Assembly: GCA_024407725.1 (NCBI GenBank)
Contig: JAKSVZ010000003.1
Coordinates: 4,732-68,731, forward strand
Direction of reading: 5' to 3'
DNA: 64,000 bases
DNA from: Opitutales bacterium
Lineage (GTDB): Bacteria; Verrucomicrobiota; Verrucomicrobiia; Opitutales; UBA9783
Numbering within the stretch: position 1 is the first letter of the stretch; each line of letters begins with the position of its first letter. Below are positions 10,250 through 20,311 of the stretch, one piece after another. The notes beneath the pieces are model-generated. The model saw nothing but the letters and a program-made list of their open reading frames with translations. It was not told the DNA's origin and searched no databases. The translations under genes and the position numbers were made by a program.

Positions 10250-11047
10250 ATGCAAATTTATTTGGATTTAGTTAAACGGGTGCTGGAAACGGGTGAAAAA
10301 CGCCAAGATCGTACAGGAACCGGTACCATTAGTTTGTTTGGAGCGCAGATGCGCATCGATATTTCGCACTTTTTCCCGCTATTAACCACGAAAAAAGTCC
10401 ATTTTAAATCGATTGCCTATGAATTGCTGTGGTTCTTGCACGGCGATACGAACATTAGGTATTTGCAAGACCATGGGGTGCGTATTTGGAACGAATGGGC
10501 GGATAAAGATGGCAATTTGGGTCCTGTTTATGGTGCTCAATGGCGGCATTGGCGGTGCGCTGATGGACGTGTTGTGGATCAAATTCAACAGGTTATTGAG
10601 GGTATTAAAAAAAATCCGTTCGGCCGACGTCATATTGTTTCAGCTTGGAATGTAGGCGAAATTGACCAAATGGCGCTGCCTCCCTGCCATTCATTTTTCC
10701 AGTTTTACGTTAGCACTTCAGGCACCTTAAGCTGTCAATTGTATCAGCGTAGTGGGGATTTATTTTTGGGCGTTCCGTTTAACATTGCTTCTTACTCCCT
10801 GTTAACCTACATCATGGCTCAGGTCTGCGGGTTGAAACCCGGTTGGTTTGTGCATACCTTGGGAGATGCCCATATTTATCAAACCCATTTAGAGCAGGTG
10901 AAAACGCAGTTAGCGCGCACCCCTAAGACTTTACCAACCCTTACGATTGACCCAAGTGTTAAGCGGATTGAGGATATAACCTTTGAGGCCATTCAGGTGC
11001 ATGATTATGACCCTTATCCGACCATTAAAGCTCAGGTAGCGGTGTAA
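10250..11047 (+). CDS. thyA: Thymidylate synthase (ThyA type)
   Basis: Motifs DRTGTGT, the PPCH active-site Cys region ([13 protein letters not shown]) and [15 protein letters not shown]. 265 aa. Confidence 0.95.
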   Translation: MQIYLDLVKRVLETGEKRQDRTGTGTISLFGAQMRIDISHFFPLLTTKKVHFKSIAYELLWFLHGDTNIRYLQDHGVRIWNEWADKDGNLGPVYGAQWRHWRCADGRVVDQIQQVIEGIKKNPFGRRHIVSAWNVGEIDQMALPPCHSFFQFYVSTSGTLSCQLYQRSGDLFLGVPFNIASYSLLTYIMAQVCGLKPGWFVHTLGDAHIYQTHLEQVKTQLARTPKTLPTLTIDPSVKRIEDITFEAIQVHDYDPYPTIKAQVAV

Positions 11048-11049
11048 AT

Positions 11050-11511
11050 ATGATCGATTTTAAAATCATTGCAGCGATGTCGCTGAACCGCGTAATCGGG
11101 TGCCGCCAGCGTTTGCCTTGGCATTTGCCGGAAGAATTACAGTGGTTTCGGCAGATGACCTTAAATCAAACGCTCTTGATGGGTCGCAAAACCTTTGAGT
11201 CGATGGGGAAACGCCCCTTGCCTCAACGAACGACCTATGTGCTTACCCATCACAAAACAGGATTGCAAGGCGTTCAAGAAATTACGTTGCTGGATGAATT
11301 GCCGGCGCAATTAAAAACGGTTTGGGTTTGCGGCGGCGCAAGCATTTATGAGCACCTGTTGCCAAAGGCTTCAGAACTTATTTTGTCCGTTATTCAGTGT
11401 ACGATCGATGGTGATGCATTTTTCCCTCCATTTGAGTCGCGTTTCCAACAGGTGGCTGTTTTGAAACGAACCGATGATTTTGAAGTTCAAAAATGGGTTG
11501 CGAAACCCTAG
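11050..11511 (+). CDS. folA: Dihydrofolate reductase
   Basis: 153 aa with IAAMSLNRVIG..LPWHLPEELQWFR and LMGRKTFES motifs. It lies directly after thyA. Confidence 0.85.
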   Translation: MIDFKIIAAMSLNRVIGCRQRLPWHLPEELQWFRQMTLNQTLLMGRKTFESMGKRPLPQRTTYVLTHHKTGLQGVQEITLLDELPAQLKTVWVCGGASIYEHLLPKASELILSVIQCTIDGDAFFPPFESRFQQVAVLKRTDDFEVQKWVAKP

Positions 11512-11550
11512 GGAATTTTTAAAATATTAATAGATATTTTTTATAAAATT

Positions 11551-12627
11551 ATGAAATCTTTGTGTATTAAGCTTTTGAAAAGCCCGTTGATTTTGGTAAT
11601 TTGCCTTGTTTTGCAAGGATGCGGAGGCGTTAAGTCAACCAATGAAAATGCAAGCGGCGTAGCAGCTACCGCCATGGTTGGTTCTTTAGAAGAAGAGGAG
11701 ATTCAACCGGTATCAGAACAACGCTTTGAGCCTCGTCGTCCGGAAGGCATGGGGGAAGATTATAATACCCTTCCAAACTTTGATGCTACCCAAATCCATG
11801 TTGTGTGCAAAGGTGAGACGTTGACGTCCATTGCGCGTCGTTATCAGGTGTCTGTGATTCAATTGATGCAGGAAAATCATTTGACGGATAAGAACCGCAT
11901 TTATGTAGGTCAACAGTTGGTGATTCCGGGAGGAGCAACAGCTTCTAGCGCGGTTAGCGGTGCGGATTATTGTGTACAGAAAGGCGATACCTTAAGCTCC
12001 ATTGCGCGTCGTTATCAGGTATCGGTGGCTCAATTGATGCAAGAAAATCATTTGACGGATAAGAACCGGATTTATGTCGGTCAGCGTTTAAAAGTGAATG
12101 GAGCATCGTCTGTTGTTGCCCCATCGGCAGGAAACGGTACCTATTGCGTACAGAAAGGCGATACATTAACGTCCATTGCAAAACGCTTTGGGATGAGCGT
12201 AAGCAGCTTGAAAGACCTCAACCATTTAACCAGCGATATGATTCGTATTGGACAGGTGTTAACGGTATCTGGGAATGGATCGGTTGCATCCGCTCCCGTT
12301 GCTTCGGTCGCTCCTAAGGCTACCAGTCCCATTCACGGCTCAAGCTATACGGTTCAAAGCGGAGATAGTTTGTGGAGCATTGCCCGTCGTAAAGGGATCA
12401 CCGTTCAGGAGCTATGCCGTATGAATAATTTAAGCGATTCTAGCGTACTCCAAGTGGGGCAAGAGCTAAAGTTGGAAGGCAGCGCTCCTCGGGATATTGT
12501 TAATGGAAGCGATTTGGATGTGTCGATGGATACCTCTTCTACATCGAGCGAATCTTCAATCAATGATTCCTTTTCGGATTTGTTAGATTCAACGCAGGAC
12601 GTTCCTACGGTACAGGTAGATAAGTAG
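11551..12627 (+). CDS. Lipoprotein with four LysM peptidoglycan-binding repeats
   Basis: A lipobox-like LVLQGCGG is followed by four LysM units (..GDTL.SIA.R..VS...L...N.L....I.VGQ.L..). Units 1 and 2 are near-identical at the DNA level (11827..11912 vs 11998..12083). The C-terminal tail is acidic and Ser-rich. Confidence 0.8.
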   Translation: MKSLCIKLLKSPLILVICLVLQGCGGVKSTNENASGVAATAMVGSLEEEEIQPVSEQRFEPRRPEGMGEDYNTLPNFDATQIHVVCKGETLTSIARRYQVSVIQLMQENHLTDKNRIYVGQQLVIPGGATASSAVSGADYCVQKGDTLSSIARRYQVSVAQLMQENHLTDKNRIYVGQRLKVNGASSVVAPSAGNGTYCVQKGDTLTSIAKRFGMSVSSLKDLNHLTSDMIRIGQVLTVSGNGSVASAPVASVAPKATSPIHGSSYTVQSGDSLWSIARRKGITVQELCRMNNLSDSSVLQVGQELKLEGSAPRDIVNGSDLDVSMDTSSTSSESSINDSFSDLLDSTQDVPTVQVDK

Positions 12628-12633
12628 GTTAGC

Positions 12634-13737
12634 ATGCACCGTGAGGGTTCAGGTTGTCGTTCCCTTTTGATTGCTTGCAGCTGCGTATTGGTTGCTTACG
12701 GTTTATTGATATTATATAGTGCGGCACAACCGATTGCATCCGCCCATCTGTTCGCCAAGCAATGCGCTTCGTTGGGGGTTGCATGCCTGTTCTTTTGGGT
12801 TTTCTCCAAACTTAACCTATTGCAGGTGCGTGCTATGGGCAAATGGCTTGGTGGGATAACGATAATACTGCTGTTATTGGTGTTTATCCCCGGTTTCGGT
12901 CGCATGGTGAATGGTTCGCGGCGTTGGGTCGGATTAGGCGCTTTAAGAATGCAGCCATCTGAGCTAGCAAAAATTGGTTTTGTGTTGTTCTTGTCGTATT
13001 GGATTACGAAAAACAAACAGCTTCGCCAAAACTTTATGGAGGGTTTTGTGCGCCCATTATCCATAGTAGGCTTTTTTTGCGTATTGTTATTGCTAGAACC
13101 TGATTTTGGGACAGCTCTTCTGTTTGGCGGCGTAGCCCTGTTAGCGTTAATTGTACGGGGAATGCCTTGGCGGTTTATTGTGCCAGCAGTAGCGCTAGCG
13201 ATTGGTTTGTTTGCGCTTTTGGTTTACTTGAATCCGGTGCGTTTTAGCCGTATTCTGTCCTTTTTGGATTTGGAAAACACCCGCATGGGTACAGGGTATC
13301 AATTGTGGCAAAGCTTGGTTGCGTTTTCATCCGGCAAATGGTTTGGGCGTGGATTGGGTTTGGGGCACCAACAGTTTTTCTTTTTGCCCGAAGTGCATAC
13401 AGACTTTATTGGGGCGGTTTTAGCGGAAGAATTAGGCATTGTTCATGTGTTCGTTGTACTGATCTGTTTTGCGATCATTGCCTTTTGTGGGCTAAAAATT
13501 ACCTGGCAACAAGACCATCCGTTTTTATTCTATACCGGCTTAACGTCTATCTGCTTTTTAACGCTTCAAGCCTTTATCAACCTAGGGGTTATTACGGGGC
13601 TGTTACCGACCAAGGGGATGGCGCTTCCCTTCCTCAGTTATGGGGGGTCGAATTTGGTCGCGAATTTTAGTTTAGTGGGGTTGTTGGTTAATTTATCCTA
13701 TAATCGATACCCGCCAATAGAAACTTGGGAGTCATGA
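12634..13737 (+). CDS. ftsW: SEDS family peptidoglycan glycosyltransferase FtsW/RodA
   Basis: 367 aa and polytopic. It carries SEDS motifs (RMQPSELAK, PEVHTDFI, LPTKGMALPFLSYGGS) and lies directly upstream of murG. Confidence 0.85.
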   Translation: MHREGSGCRSLLIACSCVLVAYGLLILYSAAQPIASAHLFAKQCASLGVACLFFWVFSKLNLLQVRAMGKWLGGITIILLLLVFIPGFGRMVNGSRRWVGLGALRMQPSELAKIGFVLFLSYWITKNKQLRQNFMEGFVRPLSIVGFFCVLLLLEPDFGTALLFGGVALLALIVRGMPWRFIVPAVALAIGLFALLVYLNPVRFSRILSFLDLENTRMGTGYQLWQSLVAFSSGKWFGRGLGLGHQQFFFLPEVHTDFIGAVLAEELGIVHVFVVLICFAIIAFCGLKITWQQDHPFLFYTGLTSICFLTLQAFINLGVITGLLPTKGMALPFLSYGGSNLVANFSLVGLLVNLSYNRYPPIETWES

Positions 13738-14789
13738 AAACAATAGCCATTGCTTGTGGAGGAACCGGAGGGCATTTATCGCCTGGGATTGCGGTTGCTC
13801 AACGGCTGATGGAGCGCAATTACCGTTGTATTTTGTTGATTTCTCAGAAGGCGGTTGATCGAACCTTAAGCGACCTTTATCCCCAATTATCCTTTGTTAG
13901 CATCCCCGGAATCGCTTTGTCCAAAAAGCCATTGGATGGGCTACGGTGCTTGTATTATGCTGCTAAAAACGTTTATTGTTCATGGCAATTGCTGCGGACG
14001 GAGCAGGTGGCGGCGGTAATAGGCTTTGGGGGATTTACCAATGTAGGTGCGATTTTGGCTGCCGCGTGCTTGCGAAAACCGTGTTTGTTGCATGAAGCGA
14101 ATCAGGTGGTAGGGCGCACTATTCGGTTATTCGGCCGATTGGCTACGAAGGTATATGTTCCTGAAGGAGTGGTGTATCAGGGGAACCAGCAGGTAAGTTT
14201 TTGCGGATTCCCCTTGAGGCGTGAATTGCAGCCGATGGATCCAAAGGCTGCCAAAGTGCAATTGGGCTTTGACCCTGATAAACCGCTTGTGTGCGTTGTT
14301 GGAGGAAGCCAAGGAGCGCATCCGTTAAACCGATGGGTTTTGGAGCATACGGAGCAATGGATTGCGCGCGGCATTCAGGTGTTGTGTATTACGGGTACGA
14401 ATAAAATGGTTCAGGCAGATAAAGCGCTTCCCTCCTCCATTGTTTTTAAGCCATTTTGTGCTCAAATGGCGTGTTTGTATTCGGCGGCGGATGGGGTTAT
14501 TGCACGAGCAGGAGCCGGTACAATTGCAGAATTGACGCATTTTGCTGTGCCTTCGATTTTAATCCCTTTCCCTCAATCAGCCGAAGGGCATCAATTGAAA
14601 AATGCGCGGGTGTTTGAGCAGCGGGGTGGATGTGTGGTGGTTGAGCAATCCGCTATGGATGGTTTATGGACCCAAGTGTTGGGCTTGTTGGAACGCAATC
14701 AGGAGATGAGAAGAGCGCTGAAGCAGCTAAAATCAATCGATTGGGCATCGTTTTTGGCCGATGAGCTGGAGGCGCAGATCAAGCGTTAA
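13734..14789 (+). CDS. murG: UDP-GlcNAc:undecaprenyl-PP-MurNAc-pentapeptide GlcNAc transferase
   Basis: MKTIAIACGGTGGHLSPGIAVA and a C-terminal RAGAGTIAEL..P.P......Q..NA motif. I chose the ATG at 13734, which forms an ATGA overlap with the ftsW stop, over the track's TTG at 13725. Confidence 0.9.
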   Translation: MKTIAIACGGTGGHLSPGIAVAQRLMERNYRCILLISQKAVDRTLSDLYPQLSFVSIPGIALSKKPLDGLRCLYYAAKNVYCSWQLLRTEQVAAVIGFGGFTNVGAILAAACLRKPCLLHEANQVVGRTIRLFGRLATKVYVPEGVVYQGNQQVSFCGFPLRRELQPMDPKAAKVQLGFDPDKPLVCVVGGSQGAHPLNRWVLEHTEQWIARGIQVLCITGTNKMVQADKALPSSIVFKPFCAQMACLYSAADGVIARAGAGTIAELTHFAVPSILIPFPQSAEGHQLKNARVFEQRGGCVVVEQSAMDGLWTQVLGLLERNQEMRRALKQLKSIDWASFLADELEAQIKR

Positions 14790-14793
14790 GGTT

Positions 14794-15930
14794 ATGTCTT
14801 TGAAGGTGTTTATTTGCCAGGTTGTGGATTCCGAAGGACGCAATCGATGGTTGTTCATGCGTTATGCATCTAAATGGGAATGTTTGCGTGCGTTATGGGC
14901 GCGTGGATTTTTGGTGCAACGGGTGTTGTATGGTAAGCGCTTTTGGAGTGCACATGCCGCTATTCAACTGTCCGAATGGGAGTCCTTTTGGGGGCAATTG
15001 CAATCGAGCTTGTCCGTTGGTAATCCGCTTACAACCGCATTGGAAACGATTCAGGTGCGTAATACGACCTTGAGAGGGTTTGTGAGTCAGGCTTTGAGTG
15101 AATTAAAACAAGGGCGGCTGTTTTCGAGCGTCTTGTTCCAACCGAAGTTCAAAGTACCGGTCGAATGGGTTTTAATATTACAACAGGCGGAGATGGGCGG
15201 ATTTTTACCCAAGGGCATTGCTTGTATTGAGCGCTTGGTACGCTTCCAAACGCGTTTAGTGTATGAAATCAAGCGTCAATTGATCTATCCCCTATTTGTC
15301 GCAGGCGTTGCGGTAGGGTTTATGGGAGGCGCTTATGGCCTGTTTTTGCCCAGAATTGCCGATTTTTACGCCCAACAGGGGCAAAGTGTTGATAAACTAA
15401 CCGCTTTTGTATTATCCATCCCCAGTTCATGGGTTTATCTATTGATTGCGACCTTCGGCATTTTGTTAACGGTTCTGTGGAGACATGCAGACCGTTTGGT
15501 TTTAGCCTTTCAAATGCGTTCTTCCTTGATTTACAGTTGGTTTGCAATGGTATTGGGTATGTTGCTCCAAAACGGCTTACCTTTGTTGGAGAGCGTACAG
15601 GTTGCTTGGGGCTGTTTGCTTAAGCGTTATTCGTTGCAAAAAGCTCAACAGTGCTTGCTTCAAGGCAATAGTTTGTCGGTTGTTTTAAGCGATTTCCCTA
15701 GCTTTTTTTGTCAATCGTTGCAAAAGGGAGAATCGTATGGACGATTAGCTCAAACCTTAATGGATTTGTCAGAACAGTACTACAATCAGTACGAAAAACG
15801 TTTGTTGCAGCAGACCAAATGGATTGAGCCCATTAGTATTGTTGCGCTATCGCTCGTTATTTTTGCCATCATTTGGCTCATTGGAAATCCGTTGTTCCAA
15901 TTGATCAAAACCATTGATTTATCCTTTTAA
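14794..15930 (+). CDS. GspF/PilC family (type II secretion / type IV pilus platform) inner-membrane protein
   Basis: About 378 aa. The N-terminus follows the F.Y.a.D..G pattern (FICQVVDSEGRNR), and there are two T2SSF-like halves (..LKQGRLFSSVL.. and ..LLQGNSLSVVL..FP..F...L..GE..G.L...L..L..Y) with 3 TM segments. I chose the ATG at 14794; the track's start at 14761 overlaps murG. Confidence 0.6.
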   Translation: MSLKVFICQVVDSEGRNRWLFMRYASKWECLRALWARGFLVQRVLYGKRFWSAHAAIQLSEWESFWGQLQSSLSVGNPLTTALETIQVRNTTLRGFVSQALSELKQGRLFSSVLFQPKFKVPVEWVLILQQAEMGGFLPKGIACIERLVRFQTRLVYEIKRQLIYPLFVAGVAVGFMGGAYGLFLPRIADFYAQQGQSVDKLTAFVLSIPSSWVYLLIATFGILLTVLWRHADRLVLAFQMRSSLIYSWFAMVLGMLLQNGLPLLESVQVAWGCLLKRYSLQKAQQCLLQGNSLSVVLSDFPSFFCQSLQKGESYGRLAQTLMDLSEQYYNQYEKRLLQQTKWIEPISIVALSLVIFAIIWLIGNPLFQLIKTIDLSF

Positions 15931-16229
15931 GGACGGGAAGTGTTACGCTCCTGACTGTTAGTGCGTTGGCGGTGAAAAAAGATACGCTGATTTCCGTTTT
16001 GAGCATAACGACGATGAGCCGTTCGCAAAGCATGCGGTGCTGTATCATCGCTAGGGGTTGCGGATGGCGTCCAACGTTTTAATGCAGGTTGTTTGTTGGC
16101 GTTAGGGATAATCCGATGCAATTGGGGTGCGCTTGAAACAAGGCGTTGGTTGGGATGAAATGGGATAGACGCAGCCGATAAGGAGGACAAGAGGAACAAG
16201 AGGTTGAGGCTGCTAATACAAAACCGCAT
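15927..16229 (-). CDS. Hypothetical small secreted basic protein (tentative)
   Basis: This ORF exactly fills an otherwise empty 280-nt gap between convergent genes. From the ATG at 16229 it gives a signal-peptide-like MRFCISSLNLLFLLSSLSAAS followed by a basic, low-complexity region. I recognise no homology. Confidence 0.3.
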   Translation of the reverse strand: MRFCISSLNLLFLLSSLSAASIPFHPNQRLVSSAPQLHRIIPNANKQPALKRWTPSATPSDDTAPHALRTAHRRYAQNGNQRIFFHRQRTNSQERNTSRP

Positions 16230-16836
16230 AGAGCATAGTACCAAGTTGGAGGAACCCCGCTATAATGCAGTTGATCCCAAGCGATAAGATTCGTTGTACC
16301 ATCGGTACGTTGATGGCGATCAATAAAATCCATATGCCAAATTGTTCGATAAACCGTAAAGTGCGCTCCGACAGACAGGGTGAGATTAAAGTAAATCCAT
16401 CCAATCCCGGCAAAGGCAACAGGTTAAAAACGATGAGGGTCGCATTGATTTGCAGCAAGGTATAGACAATGAGTGTAAAATGACTATCGAAGGTTAACAT
16501 CAGCACTCCTAATAGGCACAACAGGAGGTTGCATACGAATCCACCAAGGACGATCCATAGTAAACGGGGATAACGGTAGGATGCGGGCTGTAAGCGTTGA
16601 GGTTTACCCCAACCGAAGAGGCAGCTAAACCCCAACAGCATGCAGATAATGGGGAATACAATCGTACCGATTAAATCGATATGAGCCGCAGGATTGACCG
16701 TCAACCGACCGTCTTTGGATGGAGTGGGATCTCCGCATTGATTGGCGGCAAGTGCATGTCCATATTCGTGCAACGTAACGCTGATGATGAGTAAAATAAA
16801 ACTGATGAGTAGCTGAGAAAGCCGCAATATATCCAT
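16213..16836 (-). CDS. Site-2 protease family (peptidase M50) membrane metalloprotease
   Basis: 207 aa with the HEYGHALAA (HExxH) motif in TM1, GRLTVNPAAHID, and a second motif region NLLPLPGLDG. Confidence 0.8.
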   Translation of the reverse strand: MDILRLSQLLISFILLIISVTLHEYGHALAANQCGDPTPSKDGRLTVNPAAHIDLIGTIVFPIICMLLGFSCLFGWGKPQRLQPASYRYPRLLWIVLGGFVCNLLLCLLGVLMLTFDSHFTLIVYTLLQINATLIVFNLLPLPGLDGFTLISPCLSERTLRFIEQFGIWILLIAINVPMVQRILSLGINCIIAGFLQLGTMLYAVLY

Positions 16837-16899
16837 ACCAACACTTATTTCTTAACCATCATTGTCCCCACAGGTCAAGTTTGGATCCTGCGTCGGAGC

Positions 16900-17274
16900 T
16901 TACAAGAGCCCCAGTTCCATCTTCCCAGCTTCCGATATACGTTCTTTGGACCATGCAGGTTGCCATACCAGTTGAATATCGACATCAGCAATGCCAGGGA
17001 GGAAGCCAAGGACATCGTGGATGTTCGAAAAAATTTGTGGTGCCATGGGGCAGGTAGGTGAGGTTAAGGTCATCTCAATGGCTACTTTAAAATCGTTTGA
17101 TGCTTGGAGCGTTTGAGCGGGTTCTGAAATGGATGGCGGATTTGATGAAGGTACCGGTTGAAGTTGGATGTTATAAATAAGCCCTAAGTTAACAATATCG
17201 ATGCCCATTTCGGGATCGCGTACCAACCGGAGGCGTTCCCAAATAATGTTTAATAGCTGTTCCGAGGGGGTCAT
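16900..17274 (-). CDS. sufT: Fe-S assembly protein SufT (DUF59 / MIP18 family)
   Basis: 124 aa with VRDPEMGIDIVNLGLIY and TLTSPTCPM motifs. It is the last gene of the suf cluster. Confidence 0.75.
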   Translation of the reverse strand: MTPSEQLLNIIWERLRLVRDPEMGIDIVNLGLIYNIQLQPVPSSNPPSISEPAQTLQASNDFKVAIEMTLTSPTCPMAPQIFSNIHDVLGFLPGIADVDIQLVWQPAWSKERISEAGKMELGLL

Positions 17275-18068
17275 TCAGGCTTAGATGGGGTTAGTAACTC
17301 ATGAAATTCCGTTGAAAACACGGAATGCAAAAAGCCTTGTAGGTATAATTGCGTAGCTTCTGCATAAGGAATACCGCGGGATTGTAGATACCATAAGGCA
17401 TCAGCCGGTAGCGGTTGAGTGGCGGTTCCATGCGATGCAGTGATCGAACGGTTAAAGATATGCAATTGAGGATAAGCGCTTACCTGCCCATGAGGCCCTG
17501 TAATTAGGTTTAAATTGCGTTGCTCAACAGAAGCTTGGCGTGCGTTTGCTTGTACCGATAAATCGCAGCGTAGATCGAAGCGCCCATGGTCATCAACCAC
17601 CGAGTGCGTTTGACAATGCGTATGCGTGGAGGGAGCCTGATGGTCTACCAATAGGGTGGTTTGGTAGTGTTGGTTGCTGTTAACATGGACGCTTTCCTGC
17701 CAAATGAGTGATGCTTGAGGGGCTTGAAGGCGAACGGTACTGTGTACGGCGCAAGAGGTGGTTAATGCAATACCAGAGGCATGTACTAAGCGTCCTTGAT
17801 TATCAAAACTGAGGGTATAATCATGATCGCAGGTGTTAAAATGGAACAAAGTGGATCCCGCTTCTAAGATATAGTGTACCTGATGAAGTTGTTCAATGAG
17901 CCGTACGGACGTATTGCGTCCGATGCGAATACTCACAGGGATGTTTAGGGGTTCGAATTGGAGCCAATCGGTTAAGGACAAGCCTTCGTGAAAGCTAAAT
18001 GTAGCGCTTGCTGGTGACCAAGTGCCGAAGGGATTGTTGTGAAGCGATAGGAGCTTACCCAATGGCAT
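17271..18068 (-). CDS. sufD: Fe-S cluster assembly protein SufD (short form)
   Basis: It follows sufB with an overlap. The C-terminal SufB/D beta-helix motifs are present (..[23 protein letters not shown]). At 265 aa it is shorter than typical SufD. Confidence 0.7.
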   Translation of the reverse strand: MPLGKLLSLHNNPFGTWSPASATFSFHEGLSLTDWLQFEPLNIPVSIRIGRNTSVRLIEQLHQVHYILEAGSTLFHFNTCDHDYTLSFDNQGRLVHASGIALTTSCAVHSTVRLQAPQASLIWQESVHVNSNQHYQTTLLVDHQAPSTHTHCQTHSVVDDHGRFDLRCDLSVQANARQASVEQRNLNLITGPHGQVSAYPQLHIFNRSITASHGTATQPLPADALWYLQSRGIPYAEATQLYLQGFLHSVFSTEFHELLTPSKPE

Positions 18069-19416
18069 TCTCTACCTCCATATCGATTAAGCGCTTTAGT
18101 TCCACGCTGTATTCTAAGGGAAAATGTTGAACCAAATCATTGACAAACCCATTGACGCTTAGGCTGACGGCTGCTGCACGATTCAACCCTCTTTGTTGCA
18201 AATAGAACAGTTGTTCTTCATCGAGCGATGAGATACTAGCTTCATGGCATACCGATTGGGAATCGCCGCTAATTTCTACGTAAGGTAGGGTGCCGGTTTG
18301 ACTCGAATCTCCCAAGAGCAGCGAATGGCATTCGGTGCTGTTTTTGCAATGGCTGCAGTTGGGTTGAACGTGAATTTTACCGCGATAACCTGCCCATCCT
18401 GAGCCTAATGAAATTGATTTTGAAACGACATTGGAGGTAGTTTCATCTGCTAAATGCAAAACACGTGCGCCGGTATCTTGCCATTGCCCACTATGGGCTA
18501 GAGCAATGCTAAATACCTCTCCATGAGCATGCCGGCCTTTTAAATAAACACCAGGGTATTTCATGGTAATTTTCGACCCTATGTTGCAATCAATCCATCG
18601 AACATCAGCGTTTTCTTCTGCCCAACCGCGTTTGGTTACCAAGTTAAGTACATTGGAAGACCAATTTTGAACGGTGATATACTGCAATTTAGCGTCTTTT
18701 TTTACCACCAGCTCCACAACGGCTGCATGGAGGTTTTGGGTGTCGTACATAGGGGCGGTACATCCCTCCATATAGGTTAACTCTGCGCCTTCATCAACGA
18801 TAATCAGGGTACGTTCAAATTGCCCCGAACGTTCCGCATTGATTCTGAAATACGCCTGCAGGGGTTGCTGAACCTTTAATCCTTTGGGTACGTAAATAAA
18901 ACTGCCTCCGCTAAATACAGCGCTGTTAAGGGCTGCAAAGGTATTGTCGTGCGGAGGAACGATTTTTGCAAAAAAAGGCTCGAAGAGTTCACGGTATGTC
19001 GAAAGTCCTTCGTTCGAATCGGTAAAAATAACCCCCTGTTCTTGTAACTGCTGCCGCATTTTGGCGTAAGCAAATTCACTATCGAATTGGGCTTCCACAC
19101 CCGCTAAAAACTTTTGTTCTTTTTCGGGCACCCCTAAGCGCTCAAAGGTGTTTTTAATGGCTGTAGGGACTTCATCCCAGCTCTTTTTTGGCTTTTGGGT
19201 ATTGGCTACATAATAGCGTAGCTTTTGGAAATCGATGGGCGGTAAAGCATTGGGAATCCACGCAGGGAGTTTGAGCCTCAAAAACGTTTTTAGGGCTTGT
19301 AAGCGAAAGGCAAGTAGCGCAGGACTTTCGCTTTTGACGGATGAAATGTAACGGATGGTATCCTGGTTCAGTCCAAATCCAGCATTTAAAGCAGTAGAAT
19401 CGGTTGCGGATGCCAT
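18055..19416 (-). CDS. sufB: Fe-S cluster assembly scaffold SufB
   Basis: 453 aa and highly conserved: [19 protein letters not shown], and [20 protein letters not shown]. Confidence 0.95.
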   Translation of the reverse strand: MASATDSTALNAGFGLNQDTIRYISSVKSESPALLAFRLQALKTFLRLKLPAWIPNALPPIDFQKLRYYVANTQKPKKSWDEVPTAIKNTFERLGVPEKEQKFLAGVEAQFDSEFAYAKMRQQLQEQGVIFTDSNEGLSTYRELFEPFFAKIVPPHDNTFAALNSAVFSGGSFIYVPKGLKVQQPLQAYFRINAERSGQFERTLIIVDEGAELTYMEGCTAPMYDTQNLHAAVVELVVKKDAKLQYITVQNWSSNVLNLVTKRGWAEENADVRWIDCNIGSKITMKYPGVYLKGRHAHGEVFSIALAHSGQWQDTGARVLHLADETTSNVVSKSISLGSGWAGYRGKIHVQPNCSHCKNSTECHSLLLGDSSQTGTLPYVEISGDSQSVCHEASISSLDEEQLFYLQQRGLNRAAAVSLSVNGFVNDLVQHFPLEYSVELKRLIDMEVENAIG

Positions 19417-19425
19417 TGGATAACG

Positions 19426-20151
19426 CTATAAGCCTTTGATCAGGGATGCAACAGCGTCCAAATCAGAAGGATTTTTGGTCACTAAACTACCTTTTTGTAG
19501 AAGATATAGATGGGTTAAGGGGAGTTGATGAAGGAAGTCCATAGCGTGGGATACGATGATAAATCCGGTGTGCGGGTGTAGGGTACGAACTGTTTGTAAA
19601 ACGATTTCGCGTGCTTGTAGATCCAAACCGCTATCCAATTCATCTAAAAGTGCAAATTTGGGCTTAAAGAGCAATAATTGGAGTAATTCCAAGCGTTTTT
19701 GTTCGCCCCCTGAAAAATTGCAGTGTACCGATCGGCTGGTAAAATCTTTAGGAAGTCCTACCTGCTCCAACAGAGCGTATAGGTTTTGATAAAAGCGAGT
19801 TGCGTTAACAGTTTGTTCGGGATTGTGAAACCTTAAGGCGGTTCGCAAAAAATTAGCAACCGTTACCCCTTCAATAGCATTCGGGGATTGAAATGCCAAA
19901 AAGATGCCGTTTTGAGCCCGTTTGTCCGGTGCCCACTCATTGATGGGTTGCTGATTTAAATAAAATGTTCCGCTGGTTAATGCATAGGATGGATGCCCAG
20001 CAATGCTTTTGAGCAACGAGCTTTTGCCGGAACCATTGGGTCCGATGATCGCATGAACTTCACCCGTTTGAACTTGAAAATGAATATCCTTTAGGATGGA
20101 TTGAGTGCCTTTCGTGAGGGTGGCTCCTTCTACTGTGAGGACATCATGCAT
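19426..20151 (-). CDS. sufC: Fe-S cluster assembly ATPase SufC
   Basis: Walker A GPNGSGKSSL, signature FSGGEQKR, Walker B LLDELDSGLD. It is the first gene of the suf operon. Confidence 0.9.
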   Translation of the reverse strand: MHDVLTVEGATLTKGTQSILKDIHFQVQTGEVHAIIGPNGSGKSSLLKSIAGHPSYALTSGTFYLNQQPINEWAPDKRAQNGIFLAFQSPNAIEGVTVANFLRTALRFHNPEQTVNATRFYQNLYALLEQVGLPKDFTSRSVHCNFSGGEQKRLELLQLLLFKPKFALLDELDSGLDLQAREIVLQTVRTLHPHTGFIIVSHAMDFLHQLPLTHLYLLQKGSLVTKNPSDLDAVASLIKGL

Positions 20152-20230
20152 AGGGTTAACCTAGCAGGTTCCATCGAGTGGGACAAGCTTTTTACTCAAC
20201 GTCTGGCGTTGGGAGTAAATGGGTGTCCAG

Positions 20231-20265
20231 AAAATAATAAGGGCAGCACTTTTATAGGCTGCCCT
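20231..20265 (-). terminator. Rho-independent terminator after the OMP gene at 20312..20965
   Basis: An 8-bp GC-rich stem (20240..20247 pairs with 20258..20265) and a 10-nt loop, followed on the minus strand by TTATTATTTT (20231..20240). Confidence 0.55.
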
Positions 20266-20311
20266 GTTAATGAGGTATTAACCACCCGTTAAGGGGATTA
20301 AACCTGTATGA

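Noticed and set aside
16014-16082. A 22-codon plus-strand ORF (MSRSQSMRCCIIARGCGWRPTF) as a possible Cys-containing precursor peptide for the radical-SAM enzymes.
   Set aside because: It has no RBS, lies 19 kb from the rSAM cluster, and is antisense to the longer ORF filling the same gap. It is indistinguishable from chance.
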